NCBI GenBank assembly: GCA_002104905.1
Contig: MCFE01000107.1
Coordinates: forward strand, 1-64,000
DNA: 64,000 bases
Direction of reading: 5' to 3'
From: Basidiobolus meristosporus CBS 931.73
Taxonomy: Eukaryota; Fungi; Basidiobolomycota
In this document: positions 44,801 through 58,659 of the stretch, one piece after another
Layout: every line of letters starts with the position of its first letter
How positions within the stretch are numbered: the stretch's first letter is position 1
Position numbers and translations under genes: made by a program
Notes under the pieces: generated by a model
Database searches by the model: none
What the model was told of the DNA's origin: nothing
The model's input: only the letters and a program-made list of their open reading frames with translations

Positions 44801-46675
44801 TCGGGTTTGACCGTCTCCTGTGAAGTACTTTCATCTAGCTCAGGCGCCTCTTGAGTGACTTCAGGTTCGCTTGGCTCGTGTTCACCGGAATGCTGGTGTA
44901 GCTCCTCTACGTGCTCAGATCCACTCTCAGGGGAAATGACTGGTACCTCAACACTCCCTGAAGGGGAGTCGAAGTGAGGTACTTGAGGCACTGGTGGTAG
45001 TGGTGATCTAATATGAGCTTGCCTCTGAGGAATAGACGGCAATGGTACACTGATCTGGGGCTCTTCCTGAGGAACCGGAGGAAGAGGGGACCTAACGTGG
45101 GGCACTTGAGGCGGTGGTGGTGGTGTACCGGCATCAGGTGAGGATGGAGGCAAGCTGGAAGGAATCGGTGGCAGTGGTACCTTGGCATGAGGGGCTCTGG
45201 GTGAGATAGGCTGTGCTGGCTCAGCTACTGGCTCAGTACTGGGTTGGCTAGAGGGTGAGGGAGCAGTCTTCACTTCAGCTGGAACCGCAGGTACGCTCTT
45301 CTTAGGTAAGGAGGGAAATTTCGGGATAGGAATCTTGGGAATGGGCGGTCTGAAGCTACCGAATCCTGATTTACGCTTGGATGAAGGGCTGGTTGGCTCC
45401 TCGATGCTTTGTCGACCAACTAACCATCATTATGGTTAATAATAAGCTTCAAAGATCCCGTCTATGTAGGCCTTACCTGATGAATCAGTAGATACTCTAG
45501 GAGGCTCTGGCTTCTCGGGCTCCTGTGGTACAGGAGGTAGACTTGAAGGAGGCTTACTGGCTGCCACCTCTTCCGGCTCAGGCTGTGGAGGTGGTGGGAG
45601 TGGAATACTCTTCTTCGGTGGAGTCGCTGGTTGCTCGTTTGCAGTCTGAAAATGTTGCATGGCAACCCATTAGTTCAATAGATATCAAAAATCGATGGGG
45701 CTCGAGGAATCCTACCTCCTGAGCTGGAATCTGATGTTGAGAAGCATCAAGGGAGTGACGGTTGGATTTCTTTAGCGATGGGATCCCGCCAGAGAATAGA
45801 CTTCCAATGCCTCCCTGTTTAACGCCATACGCAGCTAGTTTGAAACCTTTTCGGTCGAATGAGATATTTAGGTTGCTATCGAGTATTAGTTGCGTAGAAC
45901 AAATCTACCTTTTGGTTTTGCTTGAGCTTCTTCTCCTTCATGCTCACCTTCTGTAGCTTCGTCGATTGGTTTACTTTCGATCCGGCTGACGAACTAGTCA
46001 ACCCAGGTTAAATGGAAAAAACCGAATAGTTATTGAAATTAAATAGCACGAACATTAGCGGGGAAGAGTCCAACGTGTCCATTCAGATCTCCTTTACACC
46101 AGCCATCGACCTCCTCCAGGATCGTGACAATTGCCCCTTTTTCCAAGGTCAACTCATCAGAAGCTTGAGCTTCATAATCATGTTTCACTTCGGCCAGTGA
46201 GTTTCCTTTGGTCAACTGAGGCTTGGGCTTTTCTTGAGCAGGTTCGCTTTCTGGTTGAGAAATCGGCTGTTCAGGAGAATCGGGTGGAGGAGGTGGGGGC
46301 AACTGCTGAGGTGGCAGGCGGGATTCGGTCACTTCAGACTCTATTTCAGGTTTCTCTGTTGGGGTAACAAACTAACAAGTCAAGTGTCAGTAGCAAAAAG
46401 ATGGGTGCAAAGTGGATGTAGCGAGAGAGCAACTCACATTGGTTGGGAACCAGCCACTTTGCTGAGTGCTTAGGTTTTTCCCTACCCACCAGGTATCAAA
46501 TTCTTTGCTGGTCACTTCAACAACGTCACCAATGTTTAATTTTAATTCATCCTCCCGTTGTGGTTCATATACATGATGGCATTTGACGAAAGATGCTATA
46601 TAACAATGTGATTAATATTTGAGATCCCTCAAGGAAAACCATGTAAACATAGAGGGGTCACATACACTGAGACAT
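41900..46675 (-). CDS. Triple-SH3, Pro-rich, C-terminal coiled-coil adaptor (CD2AP/CIN85-like), multi-exon
   Basis: SH3-1 VKCHHVYEP..DELKL..GDVV..WWVG..GWFPTN (~46440-46590). SH3-2 in 46039-46332. SH3-3 ALVEDDFDA..LTLRKG..DWWRGE..GLFP. GGLFAGGMPKLR segment, CPI-like LSSLTKGRP..KRKPTP, and coiled-coil tail 41900-42343. Confidence 0.85.
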
Positions 46676-47612
46676 GATGTACTCGTACACACTGTTAAAG
46701 ACCAAATATTAAACTTATTGAGGCTTTTAAGGGAAAGTGCTGAGTAGGTGGAGAGATATCAATATAAATAAGATGGACAAGTGTTGCAATGAAGGGCAAG
46801 TATATCGAAGTCGAAATATTATGCTCGGATTTGAGCACTGTCACGTAAGTCAATTGATTGGCAAATAGGAGGTCGGATCACCCATGTATATCGTAACGGG
46901 GAAGTGATAGCTATATGCATTCATCACATTTCTTGGCATTCAACAAGCGGACAATATTAATCAAGATTACCAAGTCCGCTTAAATCCTTGTTTAACGCTA
47001 CTCCACACAATTAAACCAAGCTTTCGCTACATGTGATTGGTGGTCGCAATTCATATATCCTTTATTTGAAACGCGTAAACCAGCCTGATTGGTGTTCCTA
47101 TGTATTCTTGAGATGCGAAGTCTCGGCTAGCTGGGTGGAATTCCAAACAGCAGCCATGAACTTGCCACATCTACATTCTCTGTCACGGCCAACCCCAAGT
47201 GGTATTAGGATGAATCCACTCACTGATCCAAAGCCAATCGATACAATATCAATCAGAATCTGATCGTTTTTAGGTCATCGGTAGAGCAGCCTATAGTGAT
47301 ATACTTGATCTGATAAAAATAATGACTCTTCAGGCCAGTTCACTGGAGGTTGCTGATTCCAACAGTAGTGATGTGGATTATAGAAATGCGATTGAGAGAG
47401 TAGCTGTGCAGAGCAGTAAATAGACCCTTGACGAGCCCAGCCAGTACTATTTTTAGTGACAGCAAGGCGCCACACCACCACCCACTGGTGGTGATATGGC
47501 GTCTGAACGGTCCATCAGCAAAGGAATAAGCACTTTACAATGGTTGCAGCAGAGAGCACGCTGTATAAATGATGGGCCAAAATTTTCGGATTCGTATATA
47601 CTCGATAGAACC

Positions 47613-48823
47613 ATGCATCTTAAGGCAGCGCTTCTTTTCATTCCCTTGGTTTTTCTTATCACAACGCTGGCTCATGCTTCCAAGAACAATCGCTGTGGTA
47701 TAATTCAAGGGGAGAAGGTTACTTGCCCTGGTGGCAGGTGCTGCTTTACAGGCGGATGGTAAGCACACATACTATAACGCCTGGTAGGGGGCCCACTTGG
47801 TGGGGGAGGATTGATGATACTGAAATGTTTCGGTTTAGGTGTGGAGCCAGCAAGTATCATTGCGTGACCAACTGCCAGTTCCAGTGCAAGAAAAAGAAGT
47901 CCACTTCTACTGTTAAGCCAATTTCAAGCCCTAAGCCTACAACCTCAGCTCCTTCTAGCCCTAACTCCTCCTCTATCGCCACCTCAGCTGATGGTTTCTG
48001 TGGAATGAAGGATAACGTTCTTATTCAATGTCCACCAGGAACCTGCTGCTCACAAGATGGACTGTGTAGCAATATTAAAGAGCGCTGCAATGCAGATGTC
48101 CAGCTTCAAGCAAGTAGTGAGATAGCACCAGGTACAGTCATCAAAACGTGTAGCACGGCGGGTACCTTTGCCATCACTTTCGATGATGGGCCTGGAAAAG
48201 ACACTGGTAAGCTTCTGGACGACTTGCTGGCCAGAAATATCAAGGTGACTTTCTTCGTAGTTGGACAGAGTATATAATGTATCGTTATTCGTCATCCTAT
48301 GCGCAAACCGTTAATGCTTTTACCAACCATCCTAGTGCTGAAGAGTGCTGAAGGACGTCAACTGCTCAAGCGTGCCTATGATGAAGGCCATCACATCGCC
48401 TCCCACACCTACACCCACATCAGCTTGACCAAGTCATCCAACTCAGTGATCCGCAGCGAGATGCAAAAGACTTCTGATGCGATCTTCAATGTCATTGGCC
48501 AGCGTCCTCAGTACATGCGCCCACCCTATGGTGCGTACAATGCCAGGTCACTTGCCCTTATGAAAGAGTTGGGATACAAGGTAGTCACCTGGGATATTGA
48601 CACTCTTGACTGGAAGACCAAGAGCTCCCAAAAAACCCTGAATGTATATAAGAAAGCCCTTGCAAAGGCTAATCCAAGCACTGACCGCTTCATCACCCTC
48701 CAGCACGATATCCAGCCTAGCACCATTAGAGTAGCAGGGGAGATTTTCGACACAGTAACTCGGTCAGGCTTTAAGATCACCACTGTGGCTGATTGTGTTG
48801 GTGACTCGGGATTGTATCACTAA
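47613..48823 (+). CDS. cda: Chitin deacetylase (CE4) with two CBM18 domains, copy 1 (most divergent)
   Basis: Signal peptide, two hevein-like Cys domains, CE4 motifs TFDDGP, HTYTH, RPPYG, DTLDW, LQHD; two introns. Confidence 0.92.
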
Positions 48824-49202
48824 GCTAAGCGTTATATGCATTCGCCACGAAACATTAACCCTCTGCATAAATCACTGTTTCAGAAGGTTCAATCTTGAAT
48901 AAAGTTGCTCCGTAGATCGGACTAATGTGAATGAATGCACACCTGTAGGTAATCTTGAGCATGCTAAGCCCAATTTGACTAACCCCTTTCTGACTTGTGG
49001 ATTGCACCACGAGTTAATAGGTTGAACCGCCTCCGGTTCCTGGAAAGATTCATATTCATGTTCCACAATCTAAAATTAGCCCAGATTAATTACTTTGCAC
49101 TGCGTGGCATTTGATGGTCGAAGACACTTGACTGTTTCATGCAAGTGTGTATAAAAGCAGTCCCATCTTTCGCAACCATATCATTATATCCATATTCCAA
49201 CC

Positions 49203-50402
49203 ATGCACCTCTCCAAAGCTGCGCTTTTATCCATTGCTGTATTCCTACAATTTGCTGCCACACAGGCCGCTGTCTCCAAGGATAATCGCTGTGGAGTAAT
49301 AAACGGAGAGAAGGTCACTTGTCCTAATGACGGTTGCTGCTCCTCTTTCGGGTGGTAAGTTTCATTGTGATGGCTAGTTTTTGGGAGTGGGAAACATGCG
49401 TCAGATAGTAACGTGACGTTTGGATGATATAGGTGCGGAACCAGTACTGACCACTGTGTGACGAACTGCTTTTCCGAGTGCAAGAAAACCACTCCAACCA
49501 CCACCACTGCGCCAAGTGCTTCCAAAACCATCACCTCAACTGATGGTACCTGTGGACTGAAAAACAATGTTTTAGTTCAGTGTCAACCTGGTAATTGCTG
49601 TTCCGAACATGGGTGGTGCGGGAATACTGCTGAGTACTGCAAGGGTACCACACCCCAACAACTGTCCAGCGGGAAAATCGAGCCTGGTCAAGTCATCGAA
49701 ACCTGTAGCAAAGCCGGTACCTTTGCCGTCACTTTTGATGATGGACCAAGTCAGTACACCGGTCGGCTTCTTGATGACTTGAAGGCAAGAAAGGTCAAGG
49801 TTACCTTCTTCATTGTCGGACAGAGTAAGTAGAAATTCTTATGGGGTTATCTACTGCAGTCAATACTGTTGACTAGTGTAAATGTAAACTAACTTGGCCC
49901 CTGGAATCTATTAGTGCTTGAGAATGATCAAGGCCGTCAATTCCTCAAGCGTGCCTATGATGAAGGTCATCACATTGCCTCCCACACCTACACTCACATC
50001 AGTTTGGCCAAATCAACTATATCAGCGATTCGCAGCGAGATGCAAAAAACTTCTGATGCGATCTTCAAGGTCATTGGCAAGCGTCCCCAGTACATGCGCC
50101 CACCCTATGGTGAGTACAATGCCCAGTCACTCGCCCTCATGAAAGAGATGGGATACAAGGTGATCTACTGGAACGTCGACACCCTTGACTGGCAAACCAT
50201 GAACTCCCAGAAGACCTTGGATGTGTACAAGAAGACTCTTGCCAAGGCCAACCTCAAGAACGACCGCTTCATCTCCCTGCAGCATGACATCCAGCCCAGC
50301 ACCATCCAGGCAGCCGGTGGCATCCTTGACGCCGTCATCAAGTCAGGCTTCAAGATCACCACTGTTGCTGACTGCCTTGGCGACTCTGGATTATATATTT
50401 AG
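49203..50402 (+). CDS. cda: Chitin deacetylase CBM18x2-CE4, copy 2
   Basis: Same architecture, intron positions and catalytic motifs. Confidence 0.92.
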
Positions 50403-50733
50403 GTTGCTTGAATGAACAACGGTCTTATTGCCTGCTCATTAATTTAATTTATGCATAATTTAATGATCCCCCATTACAATAAATTGACATATTGTCAACA
50501 TCGAATATAAAAGCATAATCGTGATACTGCGTACAAATTCTATCAGCCATAGACCACTCACCAAAGACATGCGCCAACCTTGGATAGGTTAGACATCAAC
50601 CAAATCTCGTTAGCACCCAAAGGGTTTAGTCAACAATATGGTCGAAAAAATACGATCCCTAATCGCTTTTCCTATTCTGGTCACCGGCGAAACCAAATAA
50701 GCTTCCAGTTTTCATCCAGGGGGGCTCATTTTC

Positions 50734-50829
50734 ATGTTTCACAAACTAAAGTTGGTTAAAAGTGCTTGCATTGAGTTCCATTTTGCCTTCCACGCAAGAG
50801 ATATTATGGTGTGACATTGCGAAATGAAG
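50734..50829 (+). promoter_or_regulatory. Conserved ~95-bp upstream module of cda copies 3-7 (also ~52893, ~54745, ~57200, ~59568)
   Basis: Shared CAC(A)AAC..AAA...CTTGC(A/G)TTG(A/G)GT..CATT...CAAG..GATATT..GGT..GAC.TT.C....TGAA followed by a TATA-like box, inside otherwise unrelated spacers. Confidence 0.6.
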
Positions 50830-50898
50830 CTGTTACGGAGAATACCATAAAAGCAGTCCGAAATTCCATGGTAGCAGCATTCTACTCTAATTCTAATC

Positions 50899-52122
50899 AT
50901 GTACTTCTCCAAAGCAGCGCTTCTCTCCATTGCTATTTTCCTTCAGCTGACAACCACGCAAGCTCGTGTATCCAAGGATGACCGCTGTGGCGTAATCAAC
51001 GGAGAGAGTGTCACTTGCCCTAGCGGCGAATGCTGCTCAACCTATGGATGGTGAGTTTCATTTTTTCCGCCATTTTGGCTATGGACTAACTGTGCTTGCT
51101 GATACTGAAGGTGCGGAACCAGCACTGATCACTGTGTGACAAACTGCTTATTCCAGTGCCAGAAATCCAAGCCAACCACCATCATCACCGCACCTAGTGC
51201 AACTAAGACCATCACCTCGGTTGATGGTACCTGTGGATTGAAGAACAATATTCTTGTTCAGTGCCAGCCTGGTGACTGCTGCTCCAAATATGGATACTGC
51301 GGCAACACTGAGGAACACTGCAAGGGTACTACCCCTCAACCTCAACCCGGCGGCACCCTCGGTAAGCCAACTGGCAATGTTGCCCCTGGTCAGGTCATCG
51401 AAACCTGCAGCAAGGCTGGTACTTTCGCCGTCACCTTCGATGATGGACCAAGTGAGATGACCGGTAAGCTCCTTGACGACTTGAAGAAGAGAAATGTCAA
51501 GGTCACCTTCTTTGTTGTTGGTCAAAGTAAGTGAGCATTACTAAGTGGCTGTGGCCGTTGCAATCAATACCCACAACCTCTTTCCTCTCATTTCCAACAT
51601 GAGTGTCTGCTAACTCGACCTATGTAATATTTTAGTGGTCGACACTACTAAAGGTCGCCAATTCCTCAAGCGTGCCTATGATGAAGGTCACCACATCGCC
51701 TCCCACACCTACACCCACATCAGCTTGGCCAAGTCATCCGAGGCATTGATCCGCAGTGAGATGCAAAAGACCTCTGACGCCATCTTCAAGGTCATTGGCA
51801 AGCGCCCCCAGTACATGCGCCCACCCTATGGTGAGTACAATGCCAAGTCCCTTGCCATCATGAAGGACATGGGTACAAGGTGATCTACTGGAACGTCGAC
51901 ACCCTTGACTGGCAAACCAAGAGCTCCCAGAAGAGCCTGGATGTGTACAAGAAGACTCTTGCCAAGGCCAACCTCAAGAACGACCGCTTCATCTCGCTCC
52001 AACACGATATCCAGCCCAGCACCATCCAAGCAGCTGGTGGCATTCTTGACGCCGTCATCAAATCAGGCTTCAAGATCACCACTGTTGCTGACTGCCTTGG
52101 TGACTCTGGATTATATTTCTAA
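50899..52122 (+). pseudogene. cda: Chitin deacetylase copy 3 with a 1-nt frameshift at ~51871 (pseudogene or assembly error)
   Basis: GACATGGGTACAAGG here versus GACATGGGATACAAGG / GACATGGGGTACAAGG in paralogs; otherwise intact. Confidence 0.8.
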
Positions 52123-53067
52123 GCTGGAATGAACGGTTATTTTTTAGCATAATTTAATCACTAATCTAGCACGGCATTCCTCACAAGTTGGATTCCAATA
52201 AATGTGAACAATTTTTCTACGATGTCAATGCTCCAACTGGATAGTCTCAACTTAGTGAAGTGCTGTGTTAAGGGGACTGTTCATTGTCCTGTGGGAAAAT
52301 CGGCACCAATATCCCTTGTAGCTTTCGCTGTCCCTTTCGTAAGGACTGTTTGTGAACCTGTGATGTATTTGGTGTTCCCATCCATGGACCAATAAGGGCA
52401 GCAAATACATGTAGCACAATATTAAATATTAGTAATGGCTCATGCATAGTTGCATTCTTTGCTAACACAAATACTAAGGTTGAAGTGTGTATCAAGCAGA
52501 GAAATCTTCACAGAAGCAACAAAAAGCGTAATTGGAAATTCGTCTGAGCACCAAACGGTAGGAAAAGCCATTAACTGTTGCACAACAGCTCCAACTCGCT
52601 GCTTCCGGAGGCTCTTCCATTGAACACATTCCTAAGATTACGCCATCTAAGCCAACATCCACGAAGATCGATCCAGATGATGCACAGTTCAAGTATCTAC
52701 CAGGTTTAAATGGCACCAGTAGAACAACAAATCGGATCTGCCACCAAAGCAAATTCTAGATTCACATCAGGTTTCCCAATTCCAATCCGATGCAAAACCA
52801 AATACTTTTCCATGTCTCATCCACCTGTAGCAAGATACAGAAATTCATCTTCGCAGCATCATAGGTTCAAAGGTAGGTCATGATTAGATTCACGTCCCAC
52901 AAACAAAAGATAACTCAATAAACTTGCATTGAGTATCATTTGGCCTACCAAGCAAGGGATATTACGGTACGACCTTGCAGGATGAAAGTAACATGACGCT
53001 ACAACGGATAAAGCTATAAGAGCCGGCCAAGATTGAAGGGTAGCAGCATTCTACACTAATTCTAATC

Positions 53068-54333
53068 ATGTACTTCTCTAAAGCTGCGCTTCTCTCCATC
53101 GCCGTTTTCCTTCAGCTCTCCGCCACCCAAGCGCATGTCTCCAAGGATGACCGCTGTGGTATTATCAACGGACAAAAGATCACCTGCCCTAGCGGCGAGT
53201 GCTGCTCCACCTACGGATGGTAAGCGATACTGGCATTAGCTATGGGCAATATGTAGCCTGAGTAAGCAACTGACCAAACATTTCTTTGTTGCAGGTGCGG
53301 AACCAGCACTGATCACTGTGTGACCAACTGCTTATTCCAGTGCAAGAAATCCAAGCCAACCACCACCACCGTCAAGCCCACCACCACTATTACCGCACCC
53401 AGCGCCACCAAGACCATCACCTCGGTCGATGGCTCCTGCGGTTTGAAGAACAACGTTCTCGTCCAGTGCCAGCCTGGTAACTGCTGCTCCCAATATGGAT
53501 ACTGCGGCAGCACTGAGGAGTACTGCAAGGGCACCACTCCCCAACCTCAACCTAGTGTTACTCCTGGCAAGCCCACAGGTAACGTTGTCCCTGGTCAAGT
53601 CATCGAAACCTGTAGCAAGGCTGGTACTTTCGCCGTCACCTTCGATGATGGGCCAAGTGATATGACCGGCAAACTCCTTGACGACTTGAAGAAGAGAAAT
53701 GTCAAGGTCACCTTCTTCGTTGTTGGTCAAAGTAAGTGGTCGTTTCTTTGTGGTTGTGAGGAATGGCATCAGTGCATAGAGGCATTCCCACACTCCCCAA
53801 TTGCTAATGAAAATGTGTGCTGACTCTGCTTTTGCAAATGCTTAGTGCTCGAGAATGCTCAAGGTCGCCAATACCTCAAGCGTGCCTATGATGAAGGCCA
53901 CCACATCGCCTCCCACACCTACACCCACATCAGCCTGGCCAAGTCATCCGAGGCATTGATCCGCAGTGAGATGCAAAAGACCTCCGATGCCATCTTCAAG
54001 GTCATTGGCAAGCGTCCCCAGTACATGCGCCCACCCTATGGCGAGTACAATGCCAAGTCCCTTGCCATCATGAAGGACATGGGATACAAGGTGATCTACT
54101 GGAACGTCGACACCCTTGACTGGCAAACCAAGAGCTCCCAGAAGAGTCTGGATGTGTACAAGAAGACTCTTGCCAAGGCCAACCTCAAGAACGACCGCTT
54201 CATCTCGCTCCAACACGACATCCAACCCAGCACTATCCAAGCAGCCGGTGGCATCCTTGACGCCGTCATCAAGTCAGGCTTCAAGATCACCACTGTTGCT
54301 GACTGCCTCGGTGACTCTGGATTGTACTACTAA
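53068..54333 (+). CDS. cda: Chitin deacetylase CBM18x2-CE4, copy 4
   Basis: Same architecture; nearly identical to copy 5, including intron 1. Confidence 0.93.
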
Positions 54334-54920
54334 GCTTAGAAAACAGTTTATTATTAGTCTAATATAATACCTAATTTAATGCGTCATTTTACTTGTGTTG
54401 ACTTGCAATAAATGTGAGCTGATTTCGAGAATTTAAATTGTGTTGATAGTTGGACAGAATTGGTTTACGCAGATTTGAATTATTATCGAAGGGATGAATC
54501 ACTTAGTGAACATTTCAAGTCCTATTCACCAAAGTTGGTAACGATCAACTAGATAGATTGCTGAAATATAAGGCAGTCATATCTATTCAAGTTTACACAT
54601 GAATAAGGTGTTTAGTAGATTTGAGTACATCATATCTATTTGTATTTATTTATGTAAGAAACCCAAATGAAATATATCTGGAGTTCAGTTATTGCTTAAA
54701 ATTGATAATGATCCATGTCACAGTCTAGATTGAATCGCTCATTTCATGTCCCACAAACTAAAATCGATTAGAAGCACTTGCGTTGGGTTACATTCTGCGT
54801 TCAAAGCAAGGATATTGTGGTGCGACCTTACAGAATGAAAGCAACATGAAACCGCTGTAGACATGACTATATAAACCGATGGGGATTGAAGGATCGCAGC
54901 ATTCCACACTAATTCTAATC

Positions 54921-56186
54921 ATGTACTTCTCTAAAGCTGCGCTTCTCTCCATCGCCGTTTTCCTTCAGCTCTCCGCCACCCAAGCGCATGTCTCCAAGGA
55001 TGACCGCTGTGGTATTATCAACGGACAAAAGATCACCTGCCCTAGCGGCGAGTGCTGCTCCACCTACGGATGGTAAGCGATACTGGCATTAGCTATGGGC
55101 AATATGTAGCCTGAGTAAGCAACTGACCAAACATTTCTTTGTTGCAGGTGCGGAACCAGCACTGATCACTGTGTGACCAACTGCTTATTCCAGTGCAAGA
55201 AATCCAAGCCAACCACCACCACCGTCAAGCCCACCACCACTACTACCGCACCCAGCGCCACCAAGACCATCACCTCGGTCGATGGCTCCTGCGGTTTGAA
55301 GAACAACGTTCTCGTCCAGTGCCAGCCTGGTAACTGCTGCTCCCAATATGGATACTGCGGCAGCACTGAGGAGTACTGCAAGGGCACCACTCCCCAACCT
55401 CAACCTAGTGTTACTCCTGGCAAGCCCACCGGTAACGTTGTCCCTGGTCAGGTCATCGAAACCTGCAGCAAAGCTGGTACTTTCGCCGTCACCTTCGATG
55501 ATGGGCCAAGTGATATGACCGGTAGACTCCTTGACGACTTGAAGAAGAGAAATGTCAAGGTCACCTTCTTCGTTGTTGGTGAAAGTAAGTAGTCGTTTCT
55601 TTGTGACTGTGAGAAATGGCATCAGTGCAAAGAGGCATTCCCACACTCCCCAATTGCTAATGAAAATGTGTGCTGACTCTGCTTTTGCAAATGCTTAGTG
55701 CTCGAGAATGCTCAAGGTCGCCAATACCTCAAGCGTGCCTATGATGAAGGCCACCACATCGCCTCCCACACCTACACCCACATCAGCCTGGCCAAGTCAT
55801 CCGAGGCATTGATCCGCAGTGAGATGCAAAAGACCTCTGACGCCATCTTCAAGGTCATTGGCAAGCGTCCCCAGTACATGCGCCCACCCTATGGTGAGTA
55901 CAATGCCAAGTCCCTTGCCATCATGAAGGACATGGGATACAAGGTGATCTACTGGAACGTCGACACCCTTGACTGGCAAACCAAGAGCTCCCAGAAGAGC
56001 CTGGATGTGTACAAGAAGACTCTTGCCAAGGCCAACCTCAAGAACGACCGCTTCATCTCGCTCCAACACGACATCCAACCCAGCACCATCCAAGCAGCCG
56101 GTGGCATCCTTGACGCCGTCATCAAGTCAGGCTTCAAGATCACCACTGTTGCTGACTGCCTCGGTGACTCTGGATTGTACTACTAA
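54921..56186 (+). CDS. cda: Chitin deacetylase CBM18x2-CE4, copy 5
   Basis: Same architecture and motifs. Confidence 0.93.
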
Positions 56187-57375
56187 GCTTAGAAAGCCGT
56201 TTATTATTACCTTAATATAATACTTAATGTAATCAGCGTAGTTATGAATTGGTTTACAATAAATTCTTTTAGTATCCAGTGTTTAGAAGCTTAACAAGGT
56301 GTATGGCCTTCTCTAGTTAATTTATGTATTGAGTACTTGTGTCAAAGCCTAAATCGTCGAGGTATGTTTTTCATTGGGTTACATAGCCTCCGTAGAGCAT
56401 CATGATTCAATTCGTAGTTGTTGAGTACACTTAGCTAATTCAAGTTATTACGGCATGAAGTCCCCAAGCATCCCACATTTGCGCACATTATCAAAATCTC
56501 TTAGATAGATTTCATAAATTTAGACGATGTTATTAATGTCCTGCATTTCCGTATAATCAGCGCAACTATACCATGCTGAAGGAGCCGCTCCAGCGGATTG
56601 TGAAGTGTGTTGTTACATACCCATTGCGAAACCCTTTTGTTTATCGCCATCATGGCCTGCATGATTGGTACGATTTTCTAAAGCTGGTAAAGTCTACGTA
56701 CAGGTGTCTCCCGGACGAAATTGATAGGAATATAATCTGCGGAGGCGAGGCTGGTTACCAGCGAAAATAAACCCCCAAGCTTCAGAGATACGCAGGCACT
56801 AGCACTAGAAGTTATTTTTACACTGGGCATGCTAAAATTAGTCGTACTAGCTTTGAGGGCATACTGTACCATCTAACATCTCATTGGGACTTGTTGTCAG
56901 TGAGGTAAAGTACGGTTTCTTGGGAATATTACCAAGCCAAGCTATCTTAACCGTCATGCGAGGTGATCGGGCACGTTCAATTTATTTAACTAGATCAAAT
57001 TAGGGTTGCAATGGGCACAATCGAAGGGTATATTGGAAGCTGCAGCGATTTGGGTTGATCAACCATTAAATTGAACTCGAGATAAACATGCATGTTCTAA
57101 CTGGCCATCCTGGAAACCAATAATACTTCCATTCGCCAACCGCTGGTGGCCAATTACAAGAATTAACATACAGCGTCGCAAGCTTATCCTGCCCAGTTTA
57201 TGTTCCACACACTAAAGCGGGTTAAAAGTGCTTGCATTGAGTTACATTCCGCGTTACACCCAAGCGATATTGTGGTGTGACATTGCGAAATGAAGTCATC
57301 CCACAACCATGATGGCGATTGGCATAAATGCCGGCCGAAGTTCGAGACAAACAGCATTCTACCTTAATTCTAATC

Positions 57376-58659
57376 ATGTACTTCTCCAAAGCTGCGCTTC
57401 TCTCCATTGCCGTTTTCCTTCAGCTCACTGCCACGCAAGCTCGTGTCTCCAAGGATGACCGCTGTGGTGTGATCAATGGCGAGAAGGTCACTTGCCCTAG
57501 CGGCGAGTGCTGCTCATCTTACGGATGGTAAGCTCCACTCTACCTGTTGACGATATGAGCTAGGAGTATCGTTGATGATTCTTTCCTTTGCTGTAGGTGC
57601 GGAACCAGCACTGATCACTGTGTGACCAACTGCTTATTCCAATGCAAGAAATCCAAGCCAACCACCACCGTCAAGCCTACCTCCACCCCCAAGCCCACCA
57701 TTACCACCACCACCACCACCACTCCTGCTGCTACCCAGACTGTCACATCCATTGATGGTACCTGCGGCTTGAAGAACAACATTCTTGTCCAATGCGAACC
57801 TGGTAACTGCTGCTCCCAATATGGATACTGTGGCAGCACTGAGGAGCACTGCAAGGGCACCACTCCCCAGCCTCAACCCAGTGTTACTCCTGGCAAGCCC
57901 ACCGGTAACGTTGTCCCTGGTCAGGTCATCGAAACCTGCAGCAAAGCTGGTACTTTCGCCGTCACCTTCGATGATGGACCAAGTGATATGACCGGCAAAC
58001 TCCTTGACGACTTGAAGAAGAGAAATGCCAAGGTCACCTTCTTCGTTGTTGGTCAAAGTAAGTGGTCGTTTCTTTGTGACTGTGAGAAATGGCATCAGTG
58101 CAAAGAGGCATTTCCATACTCCCCAATTGCTAATGAAAATATGTGCTGACTCTGCTTTTGCAAATGCTTAGTGCTCGAGAATGCTCAAGGTCGCCAATAC
58201 CTCAAGCGTGCCTATGATGAAGGCCACCACATCGCCTCCCACACCTACACCCACATCAGCTTGGCCAAGTCATCCGAGGCATTGATCCGCAGTGAGATGC
58301 AAAAGACCTCTGACGCCATCTTCAAGGTCATTGGCAAGCGTCCCCAGTACATGCGCCCACCCTATGGTGAGTACAATGCCAAGTCCCTTGCCATCATGAA
58401 GGACATGGGGTACAAGGTGATCTACTGGAACGTCGACACCCTTGACTGGCAAACCAAGAGCTCCCAGAAGAGCCTGGATGTGTACAAGAAGACTCTTGCC
58501 AAGGCCAACCTCAAGAACGACCGCTTCATCTCGCTCCAACACGACATCCAGCCCAGCACCATCCAAGCAGCCGGTGGCATTCTTGACGCCGTCATCAAGT
58601 CAGGCTTCAAGATCACCACTGTTGCTGACTGCCTCGGTGACTCTGGATTGTACTACTAA
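57376..58659 (+). CDS. cda: Chitin deacetylase CBM18x2-CE4, copy 6
   Basis: Same architecture, with a longer Thr-rich linker. Confidence 0.93.
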
